A DNA stretch of 43,020 nucleotides from Escherichia phage Ptacy1537: sequence record PQ863254.1; one strand, written 5' to 3'. Shown piece after piece: positions 8,413-18,084 of this stretch. Numbering within the stretch: position 1 is the first letter of the stretch; each line of letters begins with the position of its first letter. A program made the position numbers and the translations under genes. The notes under the pieces are model-generated. The model had not been told where the DNA came from. It was given only the letters and a program-made list of their open reading frames with translations, and did no database searches.

Positions 8413-8708
8413 ACCAGAACGCTGTAACTGTGGCGATGATGCTGTGGGGATACGTGGAGGCTGAGGTGCACTTCGTAGACAGCCACACCCCAGATGACCC
8501 TACAACATATGAGCTGGCCGGTATGGGTGCTGTCGAGGCCTGTGAAGCGGTGCGGCTGCTGGCCATCGAGCTGTATGACCGCTGGGATAAGCCCGACACT
8601 ATGGAGTGGGTGGACTTCCTGTACGTAACCCTGCCGGATGTGGCGCACATCATTGTGCAAGACTGCATCTTAGGCACGTTCCCAACTCTCGAGGCATTTG
8701 ACATATGA
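8409..8708 (+). CDS. Early hypothetical protein
   Basis: 99-aa acidic ORF, overlap-coupled to its neighbours. Confidence 0.5.
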   Translation: MNQNAVTVAMMLWGYVEAEVHFVDSHTPDDPTTYELAGMGAVEACEAVRLLAIELYDRWDKPDTMEWVDFLYVTLPDVAHIIVQDCILGTFPTLEAFDI

Positions 8709-9106
8709 AACTGAATAAAATGATGGTGCTGGTGTCGGCCGAGTGTTCCGACCTGTGCGACTCCGAGAACGCAGACCGCACCGCAGAGCTGCGACACTGG
8801 ATTGGCACCTCTTACCGCCACCGCTTCAGCTCAGCCCTCGGCAAGTACAACGGCAACACTGAGAACTCCTTCTTGATTCAGGTCGATGACTTCCGGGACA
8901 TCGGCTATATCTCAGACAAGGCCGCTGAGATGAATCAGGAATCCATTCTGATACTGGATGCCCGCGACAAGGCATTCCTGTATTACCCGGCGTCAAAATC
9001 ACTTGAGCCTATTGGGTTGATGCTGAGCTGCCCTATGTCGGCATTCAATGCTGCGCACCACACCGCGTACACAATCATCGGCGATACCGCCTATTATACT
9101 ATCTGA
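8705..9106 (+). CDS. Early hypothetical protein
   Basis: 133-aa ORF, overlap-coupled start. Confidence 0.5.
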   Translation: MKLNKMMVLVSAECSDLCDSENADRTAELRHWIGTSYRHRFSSALGKYNGNTENSFLIQVDDFRDIGYISDKAAEMNQESILILDARDKAFLYYPASKSLEPIGLMLSCPMSAFNAAHHTAYTIIGDTAYYTI

Positions 9107-9116
9107 GGATAACACT

Positions 9117-9584
9117 ATGACACGCAAAACTGTATCTGAACGTCGCATGGCTGGCGCTAACAAGCAAATCGCAGAGCTGACCCAGGCGCTGCACGAGTCC
9201 CGTGAGTACGGTGAGGTTCTGGCCGCCGGTATCAAGGATAAGGATGGCTTAATCCGCCACCTCAAGACAGCCAATAACAGTCTGCGCGTTAAGCTGGCTG
9301 AGACGGACTCTGCCTTGAACGCATCTCAGGCGGACCTTCATGAGGTGACGGCAGCGGCCTCTGTAACAGCTGAGAACCGGGACTTCTATAAAGGGGCACA
9401 CGCCGTTGCAACTCGACAGCTGCGGGACATGACTAATCTGGTAGACCTGGAATACGACAGGGCAGACTCTTACCTTGCGAAGCTTAACTCAGCTGAGAAG
9501 GATGTCCTGTCATGGAAGCGTGGATTCTTTGCGCTGGTGGTTATCACAGTAATTGCACAGGTGGTGAACTATGTCTTTGGTTAA
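9117..9584 (+). CDS. Hypothetical coiled-coil protein with C-terminal transmembrane anchor
   Basis: ATG at 9117 with GAGGA upstream. 155 aa. Long helical charged region, then hydrophobic C-terminus FFALVVITVIAQVVNYVFG. Confidence 0.5.
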   Translation: MTRKTVSERRMAGANKQIAELTQALHESREYGEVLAAGIKDKDGLIRHLKTANNSLRVKLAETDSALNASQADLHEVTAAASVTAENRDFYKGAHAVATRQLRDMTNLVDLEYDRADSYLAKLNSAEKDVLSWKRGFFALVVITVIAQVVNYVFG

Positions 9585-10083
9585 CAGCCGCACCCCGAAG
9601 GCGCACCCGGATGAACAACATCAGGGTACGTACAACCTCAAGCCCGTTTCTGTGTTTATGTATGAGGAGGGGAGTCCACGGGAGACCTTCAATGCCGTCG
9701 AGGTCGGCGAACTTCTGCGTTATTACGGTGTTGATAGCGTCATGGACCTTCCTCCTCAGGAGCCTGCACTCGCAGACGCCCCAACGCACGGATTTGGTGA
9801 GCCCCGGCGCTTTGCTTCGGGTTCGCCGGGATTGCAGAACCTTCCGAAGGAGGGTGCGCGTCGGATGTCTGCCCCGGAGGCGTTCGCTGCGCCGTATGGC
9901 GTTTCCGTATCGCTGGAGCATCCATACGGGGAGGTGCGTAAGGTGGTTAAGAAGCGCGAGACCTCACAGACCGGGGTAGTGGCGTTTGATGCCACACTTC
10001 TGTTACTCAAAGGCCTGAGCACCGAGCAGGCTGACTACGTGTTCCAACTTCTGGCTGAACAGCTGGGCTACGATATCCAATAA
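9571..10083 (+). CDS. Hypothetical protein
   Basis: 170-aa ORF with coding-like composition. No recognised domain. Confidence 0.5.
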   Translation: MSLVNSRTPKAHPDEQHQGTYNLKPVSVFMYEEGSPRETFNAVEVGELLRYYGVDSVMDLPPQEPALADAPTHGFGEPRRFASGSPGLQNLPKEGARRMSAPEAFAAPYGVSVSLEHPYGEVRKVVKKRETSQTGVVAFDATLLLLKGLSTEQADYVFQLLAEQLGYDIQ

Positions 10084-10094
10084 GGAAACCAACG

Positions 10095-10352
10095 ATGAAC
10101 CTGATTACCATTCTGCACAAACTGTTAGACCGCGCATACCGTAAAGCCGCCGCCCGTGCTACTGCCCGCGCTGTTAAAGCGGAGAAGCACCGCGAAGCGT
10201 TAGCCGACGAGGCCCTGGAGCTGGCGGCTCAGCTGGCTGAGGTGCAGCACGAGCACCGCAACACCTTTTATGAAATTCAGGCCCAGCATAATGAAGCTGA
10301 GCGTATCGAAGCCCAGCGCCAGAAAGCCGCTGACCTGTTCGGAGGTATCTAA
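10095..10352 (+). CDS. Hypothetical coiled-coil protein
   Basis: 85 aa, A/E/R/Q-rich helical sequence. RBS-like GGAAAC upstream. Confidence 0.45.
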   Translation: MNLITILHKLLDRAYRKAAARATARAVKAEKHREALADEALELAAQLAEVQHEHRNTFYEIQAQHNEAERIEAQRQKAADLFGGI

Positions 10353-10353
10353 G

Positions 10354-10830
10354 ATGACCAAACGCACCATTAAATTCGACATCTCCGTATCCGGCAGCGC
10401 GGTGGTTGACATCGACCACCTGCTTAACCTGCTGCAAAAGTGCAGCAAGTTCCCGTGGGCCCAGCACTTGCTGGCCGTATATGCCAGCGGTGGCGAGGAT
10501 GAACTGGCGGCGACCTATATCAGGCAGGCGTACGCAGGCGGCTTAAATAACCTGCTGCGTGCCTGGGCTACAGATAGCGTAACGCAGGAGGAGCACGGCG
10601 GCAAGGCCAAGTTCGCCCCGGCCCGCGTCACCGTCGAGGTCAAGCAGAAGCGTGTACTGTATGCCAGCGATGTTGCCATCGGAGGCCGCTACAAGTTCGA
10701 CAGCCCGGACTTCGACGGCTACTACGAGGGCGCGTTCACACGTAACGGTGAGCGCTCTTCTGTCACGGCCGAAGGTGGGCATGTGCCGTGGGAAGGGCAC
10801 GAGACCTGGCCGGTTGTGCTGGTAGTGTAA
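10354..10830 (+). CDS. Hypothetical protein
   Basis: ATG at 10354 with GGAGG 8 nt upstream. 158 aa. Confidence 0.5.
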   Translation: MTKRTIKFDISVSGSAVVDIDHLLNLLQKCSKFPWAQHLLAVYASGGEDELAATYIRQAYAGGLNNLLRAWATDSVTQEEHGGKAKFAPARVTVEVKQKRVLYASDVAIGGRYKFDSPDFDGYYEGAFTRNGERSSVTAEGGHVPWEGHETWPVVLVV

Positions 10831-10881
10831 TAGCTATAGCCTGGGCGCTGCCTGGGCTATGTCGATTACACAGGAGGAGTT

Positions 10882-11562
10882 ATGCAGAAATTAGAGGACC
10901 GTGAGTTCCTTACGATTGCCAAAGGCCTCATGATTGGTGAGGTTACTAAGGTAATCCATAAGGGATGTGGTGCCCGCCCGGCGCTGCACATTGCTAATGA
11001 AGCGGACAGATGGTGGGCGTACTGCCACAAGTGCCGCCGCAGTGGAAGTGTGACTAAGACGCTTCAACGGATTAAAGTGAAAGCGCCAGATAAGACCGGG
11101 TGGGTGCCTGCTGTGTTGAAGCCCGCGCAGGACTTCATCAACGAGCTGGTAGTGAATGACCGTCTGCCGGAGTGGGTATGGGAACACATCACAATCTTGA
11201 AGTACGCACCGGATACGAAGCGCATATACCTTCCAGATTGCGCCGGACACCTCTGGGGATACGATGCCACAGGTGCAGCCACTGCGCGGCTCTACAGCCC
11301 GTACAAGCGGCCTGGTGCGGTGTGGGTGCCTGCTGTGTATAACGGCACCGTGTTCATAACGTCCAGTATAACCCGATATCTGAACCATGTTCGTGAAGGC
11401 GCGCGTGTGTACCTGGTCGGGGCCAATGCGGAGTACGCCCATTGTGTATGGTATGTGGCGGAGCACCCAGGCTTCGACTACGTAATCGACCGCAAAGCAA
11501 ACTTCCATCCGAAGTTTATTCGCAACCTCAAACAATTCGGAGCTAAGTTAAATGGCAGTTGA
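10882..11562 (+). CDS. Putative DNA primase (zinc-ribbon containing)
   Basis: 226 aa. Cys/His cluster (HKGCGARP...YCHKCRRSG). Sits immediately upstream of the helicase, as in phages with separate primase and helicase genes. Domain call is tentative. Confidence 0.45.
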   Translation: MQKLEDREFLTIAKGLMIGEVTKVIHKGCGARPALHIANEADRWWAYCHKCRRSGSVTKTLQRIKVKAPDKTGWVPAVLKPAQDFINELVVNDRLPEWVWEHITILKYAPDTKRIYLPDCAGHLWGYDATGAATARLYSPYKRPGAVWVPAVYNGTVFITSSITRYLNHVREGARVYLVGANAEYAHCVWYVAEHPGFDYVIDRKANFHPKFIRNLKQFGAKLNGS

Positions 11563-12802
11563 TACGCTATTACTCGCCGTGCTGGCCAACCGTTCCAAGT
11601 ACAAGGCGTTGGCCAGCGCCGTACCGAAGGAGACACTCGGCGCACAGACCGGGTGGCTTCTGGATGCTTACGGCAAGTTCTTTGAGCAGAACAAGAAGAA
11701 GGAGCGTGTTGACTTTGACGTGCTCGCCACTATGGTGCGCCTCAAGCTGGATGAAACGGCGGCGGGGCCTGCACTCGCGCTAGTTGAAGCGGCGCGTAAT
11801 TCGAAGGCCAGTGAGGAGCAGGAAAAGCTGGTAATCGCGGAGCTGTACGAGCGCCGACTATCCGGCCTGGCTGCGTCACTGGTTAACCGCTATGAGGATG
11901 GTGATGATGTTGATATCTCATATGAACTTTATCGCGTCGCAATGGAAACACGGAAGCTCCTGGGTACTGCTACAGATGCTCTGTTCAAGGAGCCGGACAT
12001 CCATGAAATCCTGGCTGAGCAAGCGAGCGACACGGGTCTCAAGTTCCCGCTCCTCTGCCTACAGGAGCATGTCAAAGGACTCATGCCGCCCGTTAACGTG
12101 GCCCTGTGCGCCGGTGTCGATAGTGGGAAGACCAGCTTCATTGCCAGAACGGTGGTGCATTGGGCTCCGCAGTGCGCCAAACTATTCCCAGGACGTCCGA
12201 TTCTCTGGTTATCAAATGAGGGTGTGGTGCGTGAAATCTGGCCTCGCGTCTATGCGGCTGCTTTAGATAAGAACAGTCTCAAGATGGCAGAGCTATCCCG
12301 TGATGAGCTGTATGCTCAGTACGAGGCGGCGATGGGGGGCAACCGCTCTATCCTCAAGCTGCTGGACATTCACGGCTGGAGTATGGGTCAGGTGGCCGGG
12401 CTAGTTGAAGAGCTTAACCCCTGTGTCGTCATCCTGGACATGGTGGCTAACGTTCGATGCAGTAAGCCAGTAACGGCCCGCCACGAGATGATGGAGACCA
12501 ACCTCCAGGAGTGGCGTGAGATGCAGGCGCTGCACAACTTTATTGGCTTCTCAACTATCCAGCTGTCGGCAGACGGACTGGACCAGCTTTACCCGGCGAT
12601 GCATCACCTCAAGGATACCAAGATTGGGGCACAGGGTACGCTGGACCTCCAGATTATGATGGGCCGGTTGGATGACCCTCAGCAGCAAGGCCTGCGCGGA
12701 TTCTCTACGCCGAAGAACAAGCGTAAGAAAGTCGGCAAGCCGGGCAACTTTAACGCGCAGGTGTTCTTCACACCGGATACCTGTCACTATGAGGACGCAT
12801 AA
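11552..12802 (+). CDS. DnaB-like replicative DNA helicase (T7 gp4 helicase-domain-like)
   Basis: 416 aa. Walker A-like AGVDSGKTS and a RecA-like core. Position in the replication module. Confidence 0.65.
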   Translation: MAVDTLLLAVLANRSKYKALASAVPKETLGAQTGWLLDAYGKFFEQNKKKERVDFDVLATMVRLKLDETAAGPALALVEAARNSKASEEQEKLVIAELYERRLSGLAASLVNRYEDGDDVDISYELYRVAMETRKLLGTATDALFKEPDIHEILAEQASDTGLKFPLLCLQEHVKGLMPPVNVALCAGVDSGKTSFIARTVVHWAPQCAKLFPGRPILWLSNEGVVREIWPRVYAAALDKNSLKMAELSRDELYAQYEAAMGGNRSILKLLDIHGWSMGQVAGLVEELNPCVVILDMVANVRCSKPVTARHEMMETNLQEWREMQALHNFIGFSTIQLSADGLDQLYPAMHHLKDTKIGAQGTLDLQIMMGRLDDPQQQGLRGFSTPKNKRKKVGKPGNFNAQVFFTPDTCHYEDA

Positions 12803-13002
12803 TGGCGAAGCTGGGACCTGCTGCCCAGCGTTGCAATCAGCGGATGCTGTATATGTTCACCGGGCATGATGGTGGCGGCAGCTTCTGCGATTGGCGCTTC
12901 GGCATTATAGAGGCTGACCACCCTCCAGAGTTGGCGGAGGAGTTGGACAAGCTATTCCATAAACTTGACAAGTTACTTGAACACTGTGGAGCTGAGGCAT
13001 GA
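12802..13002 (+). CDS. Small hypothetical protein
   Basis: 66-aa ORF, overlap-coupled to its neighbours. Confidence 0.4.
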   Translation: MAKLGPAAQRCNQRMLYMFTGHDGGGSFCDWRFGIIEADHPPELAEELDKLFHKLDKLLEHCGAEA

Positions 13003-13178
13003 GTAAGAAATGTACCTGTGGGCGGGGCTATGTCTCCGCGTGGGACGGAGCGTGCGGTAACTGCCGACCGCGCAAGAAACAAAAGGCACACCTGTATGCC
13101 CTATTCAATCTTCCTGAGGGTCTTACGACGGAAGAGGCCAAGCAAGTCTATACGGATTTACGGAGACGCTGCAAATGA
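12999..13178 (+). CDS. Small zinc-ribbon protein (below the ORF-track size cutoff)
   Basis: Manual translation gives 59 aa (MSKKCTCGRGYVSAWDGACGNCRPRKK...) with CxC...CxxC. ATGA overlaps at both ends. Confidence 0.4.
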   Translation: MSKKCTCGRGYVSAWDGACGNCRPRKKQKAHLYALFNLPEGLTTEEAKQVYTDLRRRCK

Positions 13179-14134
13179 GTAAGTTAACGGTCCATAAGGG
13201 GATACCATACGAAGAGAAACGCCTCCGGCAATGGTTGGAGGAGGACGGTAAGGTAGTCCTCCAGATTAAGCGCGACGAGATTCGTTGCGTGGTGGAGATT
13301 CACCACAACGATGCGACGGAACCGCCATTCGTAACGTACACCAGTGCCAGCGGTAAACCGCTATACAATCTGAGCTGCTTCGACCAGCATTGGCTTGACT
13401 TCTCGGCACGCACTGGTAAGCGCAAGATTGACTGCGGCGTGGCCATCAATGACAGCTTCGACCTGACCCGGCGCACGGTGATGGCGAAGACCAAGCAGTA
13501 CGACCTATCTGGCAACACGGCCAACACCATTGCAGGCGAGAAGAAGAAAGACCTGCCGCACTACGTCGGCCCGCTGCGTGCGATGTTCTGGCTGTACGAC
13601 GTCATCGACCACTACGGTACGTATGCAGACCGCCGCCGGGATATGGCCAAGTATGCGCTGGACTTCCCCAAGTTTCTGGCGTGCCCGGAGACGTTCGTTA
13701 TTGAGTCGGGTAACTCTGATACCGTAATCCCTCAGTGTGAAATAGACCGGGCTGTCGCGGAGGTGGAGTCTCACTTCCAGCAGGCTCTGGACTGCAAGCA
13801 CGAAGGGTTAATGATTAAACGCTTCTACCACTTCTGGGAGCCCCGTCGCACCACGAACTGGATGAAGATGAAACCGGAGGCAGAAGTCGATGTTGAAATC
13901 ATCGGATATGTGGAAGGAAAAGGCGAGTTTGCTGGCCTGGTGGGAAGCCTTACCGGGCGTGCAGAGGACGGCAGCACAGTCGATTTTAGCGGGTTCACAC
14001 TTGAGCTTCGACGTGCCATCTCTGCGGATTTTGAAAGCTATCTGGGACGCTGGTGTGAGGTTCAATACATGCAGCGAGACGCCCAGGGCGGCTACCGCCA
14101 CCCGCGCTTCTTCCGCTTCCACCCGGATAAATAA
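13175..14134 (+). CDS. ATP-dependent DNA ligase (T7 gp1.3-like)
   Basis: 319 aa. Lysine motif region QIKRDEIR; HEGLMIKR and NWMKMKPE match the T7 ligase motifs EGLIVK and WWKMKPE. Confidence 0.8.
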   Translation: MSKLTVHKGIPYEEKRLRQWLEEDGKVVLQIKRDEIRCVVEIHHNDATEPPFVTYTSASGKPLYNLSCFDQHWLDFSARTGKRKIDCGVAINDSFDLTRRTVMAKTKQYDLSGNTANTIAGEKKKDLPHYVGPLRAMFWLYDVIDHYGTYADRRRDMAKYALDFPKFLACPETFVIESGNSDTVIPQCEIDRAVAEVESHFQQALDCKHEGLMIKRFYHFWEPRRTTNWMKMKPEAEVDVEIIGYVEGKGEFAGLVGSLTGRAEDGSTVDFSGFTLELRRAISADFESYLGRWCEVQYMQRDAQGGYRHPRFFRFHPDK

Positions 14135-14157
14135 GCAACAACTACTGGAGGACATCT

Positions 14158-14742
14158 ATGAATCCTGTCGTACTGAATACGTTGAAACGCACCCATCTGA
14201 ACCTGGTGACGCTTCTTGGCGTACCCGCGAGCCGTTTGTTTCTGGTGGGTGGCTGTGTCCGTGATTGCGCCGCCGGTGCACAGCCGAAGGACTATGACTG
14301 CGTGGTACTTAACGACGTTGTAGAGGCCTGGGATGACTGCACGTCCTTCGCAATGGCGGAGCGTATAGCCCGCCTGGCACGTGAACTAGGCGCTACGGTG
14401 GCTATCTACCAGGCATATGGTAACGCAGCAGGTGCGGATGCGCACGACCTAACCGGACGTACCCGCGACTTCGACGACAACATCTGGTGCGGTATCCACG
14501 TACAGTTCGGAGAGGATACGCCATACGATATCCTCCTGTCCCGACACCAGGATATCGACGATGTGCTGTACAGCTTCGACTGCAACTGGAATCAGCAGTA
14601 CATCGGAGATAAGATTCACCTTTACTGGCTCGGTAAGAACGAGCTGGTATTCACGGGTAAGCCTCTCCGGGAAGGTCGCGAGGAGTATATCCGCAACAAA
14701 TACAACGAGGTATTCAATGTCCTTAATAGCACTGGTTCATGA
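14158..14742 (+). CDS. Minimal Pol-beta-superfamily nucleotidyltransferase, CCA-adding-enzyme head-domain-like
   Basis: 194 aa. FLVGGCVRDCAAGAQPKDYDCVV closely parallels the class II tRNA nucleotidyltransferase signature (YLVGGAVRD...KDRDWVV). A downstream RTRDFDDNI resembles the RRDxTxN motif. Confidence 0.55.
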   Translation: MNPVVLNTLKRTHLNLVTLLGVPASRLFLVGGCVRDCAAGAQPKDYDCVVLNDVVEAWDDCTSFAMAERIARLARELGATVAIYQAYGNAAGADAHDLTGRTRDFDDNIWCGIHVQFGEDTPYDILLSRHQDIDDVLYSFDCNWNQQYIGDKIHLYWLGKNELVFTGKPLREGREEYIRNKYNEVFNVLNSTGS

Positions 14743-17242
14743 CGTAGAGACAGAAACGAACCCGTGGTACGGACACCTGGCCTCCCCGTATAACCCGCTT
14801 AACTATGTGGTAATGGATGCCTTCGAGCAAGTTACCTTTGGTGGCGGTAAGGTGAGAGTCAGCCCCCGAACCGAACAACGCTTCGCTTCTGTCGAAGACT
14901 TTAAGGCCCGCTGGCCCCAGCCGTTCCCTGACAATGTGAACATCTACGTAGCGCACAACGCCGCGTACGAGATGCAGTGGCAGCTGGAACATAACTTTGA
15001 TAACTTCGTAGCGTTCCTGAAACGGGGCGGAAGGGTGTACTGTACGGCGTATGCGCACTACTTGCTAAGCAACCAGCAGGACACGTACCCGCCGCTTAAC
15101 GAAGTCGCCCCACTGTACGGCGGTACGCAGAAGGTGGATGGCGTTAAGGCACTGTGGGACGCCGGGGTGCTTACCTCTGCGATTGACCCAGAGCTGCTGA
15201 GCGAATATCTGTCCGGCCCGAATGGTGATATCGACAACACCACCCGCGTATTCCTGGGCACCTGGAACCAGCTGGTCGAACGAAACATGCTGACGATGGC
15301 GCTGGTGCGTATGGATAGCCTGCTGTATCTGGCATTCTGTATGCACTTCGGGTTGAAGGTTGACGAGGATAAGGCCCACCGCCTACAGGCGGAGAACGAG
15401 GCCGCACTCGCAGACCTTAACAAGCAGCTTTATGAATACCTGCCTTCGGATATGCCGGAAGAAGCCCGCGAGCAATTCAAGGGCACACGCTTCCAGCTTT
15501 CAGCATTCCTGTTCGGCGGCGCAATGAAGTACGAGAGTCAGGTGCCCCGCACCGATTCGACTACTGGCGAGCTGATTTACAAGAAGGCCGAAGGTCCGGT
15601 GTTCAAGTGGCTCAAGGAAACATACGTCAAAGACCCGGCGCTCTGTGAGTTCGACGAAGAGGCTGGCGGTCTGTGGTATGACCCTGAGCGCAAGGTGCAC
15701 CAGGTTCGGTACACGGCAGGTAAGAACAAGGGACAACCCAAGTTCGACAAGTACGTGACCGACGAGGTTGACACCAAGAAAGGCGAGCTGATTTACCAGT
15801 TCCGGGGTATGATTCAGGGCGCTGTGCGGGATAAGCTGCGAGATGCTATCGAGACCGAATGGGCGGGCAGTCAGAAGCTGGCCGACGGCACACCGGTAGT
15901 CTCCACCGCAGGCGACGTGCTGGAAGTCCTGGCTGCCCACGATGTCCCGGTGGCCAAGCTGCTGGACCTAATCGGCAAGATTGAGAAGGACCTGGGTGCG
16001 TTCTACCTGGTGCAGACGTTCAACAAGGATGGCTCCCTGAAGAAGCAATCAGGGATGCTTCAGTACGTGCAAGAGGATGGCTTCATCCACCACACGCTGA
16101 ACACCACATCCACGGTTACGGCCCGCCTGTCTTCTAACAAGCCGAACATGCAGCAGATACCCCGAGCTGAAGAGGCCAAGCCTGGTGACTTTAAGTCAAA
16201 GGTTAAGAGCATCTTCATATCCCGGTTTGGTGCTGACGGCGGCATACTCCAGGAGGACTACAGCGCACTGGAGACGGTTGGCCAGCAGGTAATGACTGGC
16301 GACCAGAACCTCAAAGAGGCGCTGATTAAAGGCCTGGACATGCACTCAATGCGTCTGGCTGCAATGGAGGAGTTGACGTATGAGTACGTCGTCGCCCGAA
16401 CGAAAGATGGTGCTCATCCTGAGCACGCCGAGTGGGATGTCAAGCGAACTGGTATTAAGCCTGTTGCGTTCCAGTATCAGTACGGAGCCACGTCTTACGG
16501 TATGGCCATGTCCACCGGTAAATCGCAGGACTTCTGTCAGGCGTTTATCGACGCCGAGAAGAAGGCGTTCCCAGGGGTAGAGAGCTGGTACGATAACGTG
16601 GTTTACCCGGCGGTTGAGCAGTCCTCGTTGAAGCGTAAGCCAACACGGGTACAGACAGAGGATGGCCAGTACCGACTGTACCGCACAGGGGTATTCATCG
16701 CTCCGTCTGGCACTACGTATCAATTCCAGCAGTACACCAAGCTGCGCTGGGACCCGGAGAGCCGCACTCGCAAAGAGTTCTCTGAGTTCAAAGTCCCGCA
16801 AATGCGTAACTACCCAATCCAGGGTGAGTCCGGCTTCTTCGTACAGCTGGGCTGCGGTATGCTGATTCGACACTTCATTGCCCGCGACTTCTACGGAATG
16901 AAGGCGCTGCCGATTAACACAGTGCACGATGCTAACTACTTCGACGTTCACAGAGACGTAGTGCAGCAGGTAGCCTGTGAGGTGGAAGTAATCATGGAGT
17001 CAATCCCTGAGATGCTGAACCACCTGTGGCCAGCGTACAATGTCGAAGTGCCATTCCCGGTAGCGGGTGGTTACGGCGACAGTATGGCCGAGGAGAACCC
17101 TGTGTTCTCCAGCAAGAGTAAGAAGGAAGAGCCGGAAGGCTTTAAGGCTGACAAGGCCGCCTGGGTGGTACGGAAGAATCAGTTTAAGACTGACTATCTG
17201 GCCGCTAAGAATATCCAAGTTAAATTCCCATGCACTCAATAA
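14717..17242 (+). CDS. DNA polymerase, family A (T7 gp5-like) with 3'-5' exonuclease domain
   Basis: Start taken at ATG 14717 (MSLIALVHDVETE, exo I-like DxE). Pol A motif A DYSALE. 841 aa. The ORF-track start at 14561 overlaps the upstream gene. Confidence 0.85.
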   Translation: MSLIALVHDVETETNPWYGHLASPYNPLNYVVMDAFEQVTFGGGKVRVSPRTEQRFASVEDFKARWPQPFPDNVNIYVAHNAAYEMQWQLEHNFDNFVAFLKRGGRVYCTAYAHYLLSNQQDTYPPLNEVAPLYGGTQKVDGVKALWDAGVLTSAIDPELLSEYLSGPNGDIDNTTRVFLGTWNQLVERNMLTMALVRMDSLLYLAFCMHFGLKVDEDKAHRLQAENEAALADLNKQLYEYLPSDMPEEAREQFKGTRFQLSAFLFGGAMKYESQVPRTDSTTGELIYKKAEGPVFKWLKETYVKDPALCEFDEEAGGLWYDPERKVHQVRYTAGKNKGQPKFDKYVTDEVDTKKGELIYQFRGMIQGAVRDKLRDAIETEWAGSQKLADGTPVVSTAGDVLEVLAAHDVPVAKLLDLIGKIEKDLGAFYLVQTFNKDGSLKKQSGMLQYVQEDGFIHHTLNTTSTVTARLSSNKPNMQQIPRAEEAKPGDFKSKVKSIFISRFGADGGILQEDYSALETVGQQVMTGDQNLKEALIKGLDMHSMRLAAMEELTYEYVVARTKDGAHPEHAEWDVKRTGIKPVAFQYQYGATSYGMAMSTGKSQDFCQAFIDAEKKAFPGVESWYDNVVYPAVEQSSLKRKPTRVQTEDGQYRLYRTGVFIAPSGTTYQFQQYTKLRWDPESRTRKEFSEFKVPQMRNYPIQGESGFFVQLGCGMLIRHFIARDFYGMKALPINTVHDANYFDVHRDVVQQVACEVEVIMESIPEMLNHLWPAYNVEVPFPVAGGYGDSMAEENPVFSSKSKKEEPEGFKADKAAWVVRKNQFKTDYLAAKNIQVKFPCTQ

Positions 17243-17253
17243 GGTAAATATAA

Positions 17254-18084
17254 ATGACTACTGATACTCAACTGTCCCGCGCCCAACAAATCGCTGCCCG
17301 TGCCGCCGCCGCCGTAGACCGTCATGGCGACCAGAACGAAGTCGTAGCGGGCGGTGGCGGTAACTACACCCCGCCACCGGCTGGTAAAGCTAAGGCGCGT
17401 CTGGTTGGTTACTTTGAGACTGGCCCGCAGAAGAACAAGAACTACCCGGACAAACCGGCGCAGAACTCGTTCATCCTGCAATTTGCACTGTACGGCGAGG
17501 GTTATGCCCGTGAAGACGGCAAGCCGATGACCATCGAAACCCGTAAGTTCGCCGTCGGCCGTGGTGAGAAGTCCAACGCAGTTAAAATCTTCCGCCAGCT
17601 GTGCCCTACCAAAGACGTGCAGCACTTCCTGGGGCTGCTGGGCCGTGCATTCTGGGTTGTCATTGAGCACAACACCCAGCCAGCTAAGGAAGCTGGTAAA
17701 CCGGATGTGGTATTCGCCAACATCAAAGAGAGCGAGCTGAAGCCTGCTCTGCGCGACGTGTTCGATGATGACGATAACCTGATTGGCCAGCGCGAAGTAG
17801 CGGTGCCGGAAGCCACCGACGACCAGTTCAAGGTCTTCGAGTGGGACGTACCGAGCAAGGAAGACTTCGACAGTCTGTCTGGTAAATACCAGAAGATTAT
17901 CCGTAGCTCTGAAGGCTTCGCACAGTCCGCCCTGTTCGCACTGGTAGGCGCGGGCAACCCGGCCACCACCGATGCCCCGGACGAAGGACCGGAGCCGCAG
18001 GATAGTGAAGACGAGCCACAGACCCCGCAGACCCCGGTGACTGACACCCCGGTAGCGGACGCTGGCGCACTGCCGTCGCTGTAA
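17254..18084 (+). CDS. Hypothetical protein with acidic Pro-rich C-terminal tail (possible ssDNA-binding or polymerase accessory protein)
   Basis: 276 aa. C-terminus DAPDEGPEPQDSEDEPQTPQTP. Lies between the polymerase and exonuclease genes. Function inferred from position only. Confidence 0.5.
   Translation: MTTDTQLSRAQQIAARAAAAVDRHGDQNEVVAGGGGNYTPPPAGKAKARLVGYFETGPQKNKNYPDKPAQNSFILQFALYGEGYAREDGKPMTIETRKFAVGRGEKSNAVKIFRQLCPTKDVQHFLGLLGRAFWVVIEHNTQPAKEAGKPDVVFANIKESELKPALRDVFDDDDNLIGQREVAVPEATDDQFKVFEWDVPSKEDFDSLSGKYQKIIRSSEGFAQSALFALVGAGNPATTDAPDEGPEPQDSEDEPQTPQTPVTDTPVADAGALPSL

Noticed and set aside
14561-14716. Upstream extension of the DNA polymerase ORF (start at 14561)
   Set aside because: It would overlap most of the 3' end of the nucleotidyltransferase gene. 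The polymerase exonuclease motif begins right after the ATG at 14717.
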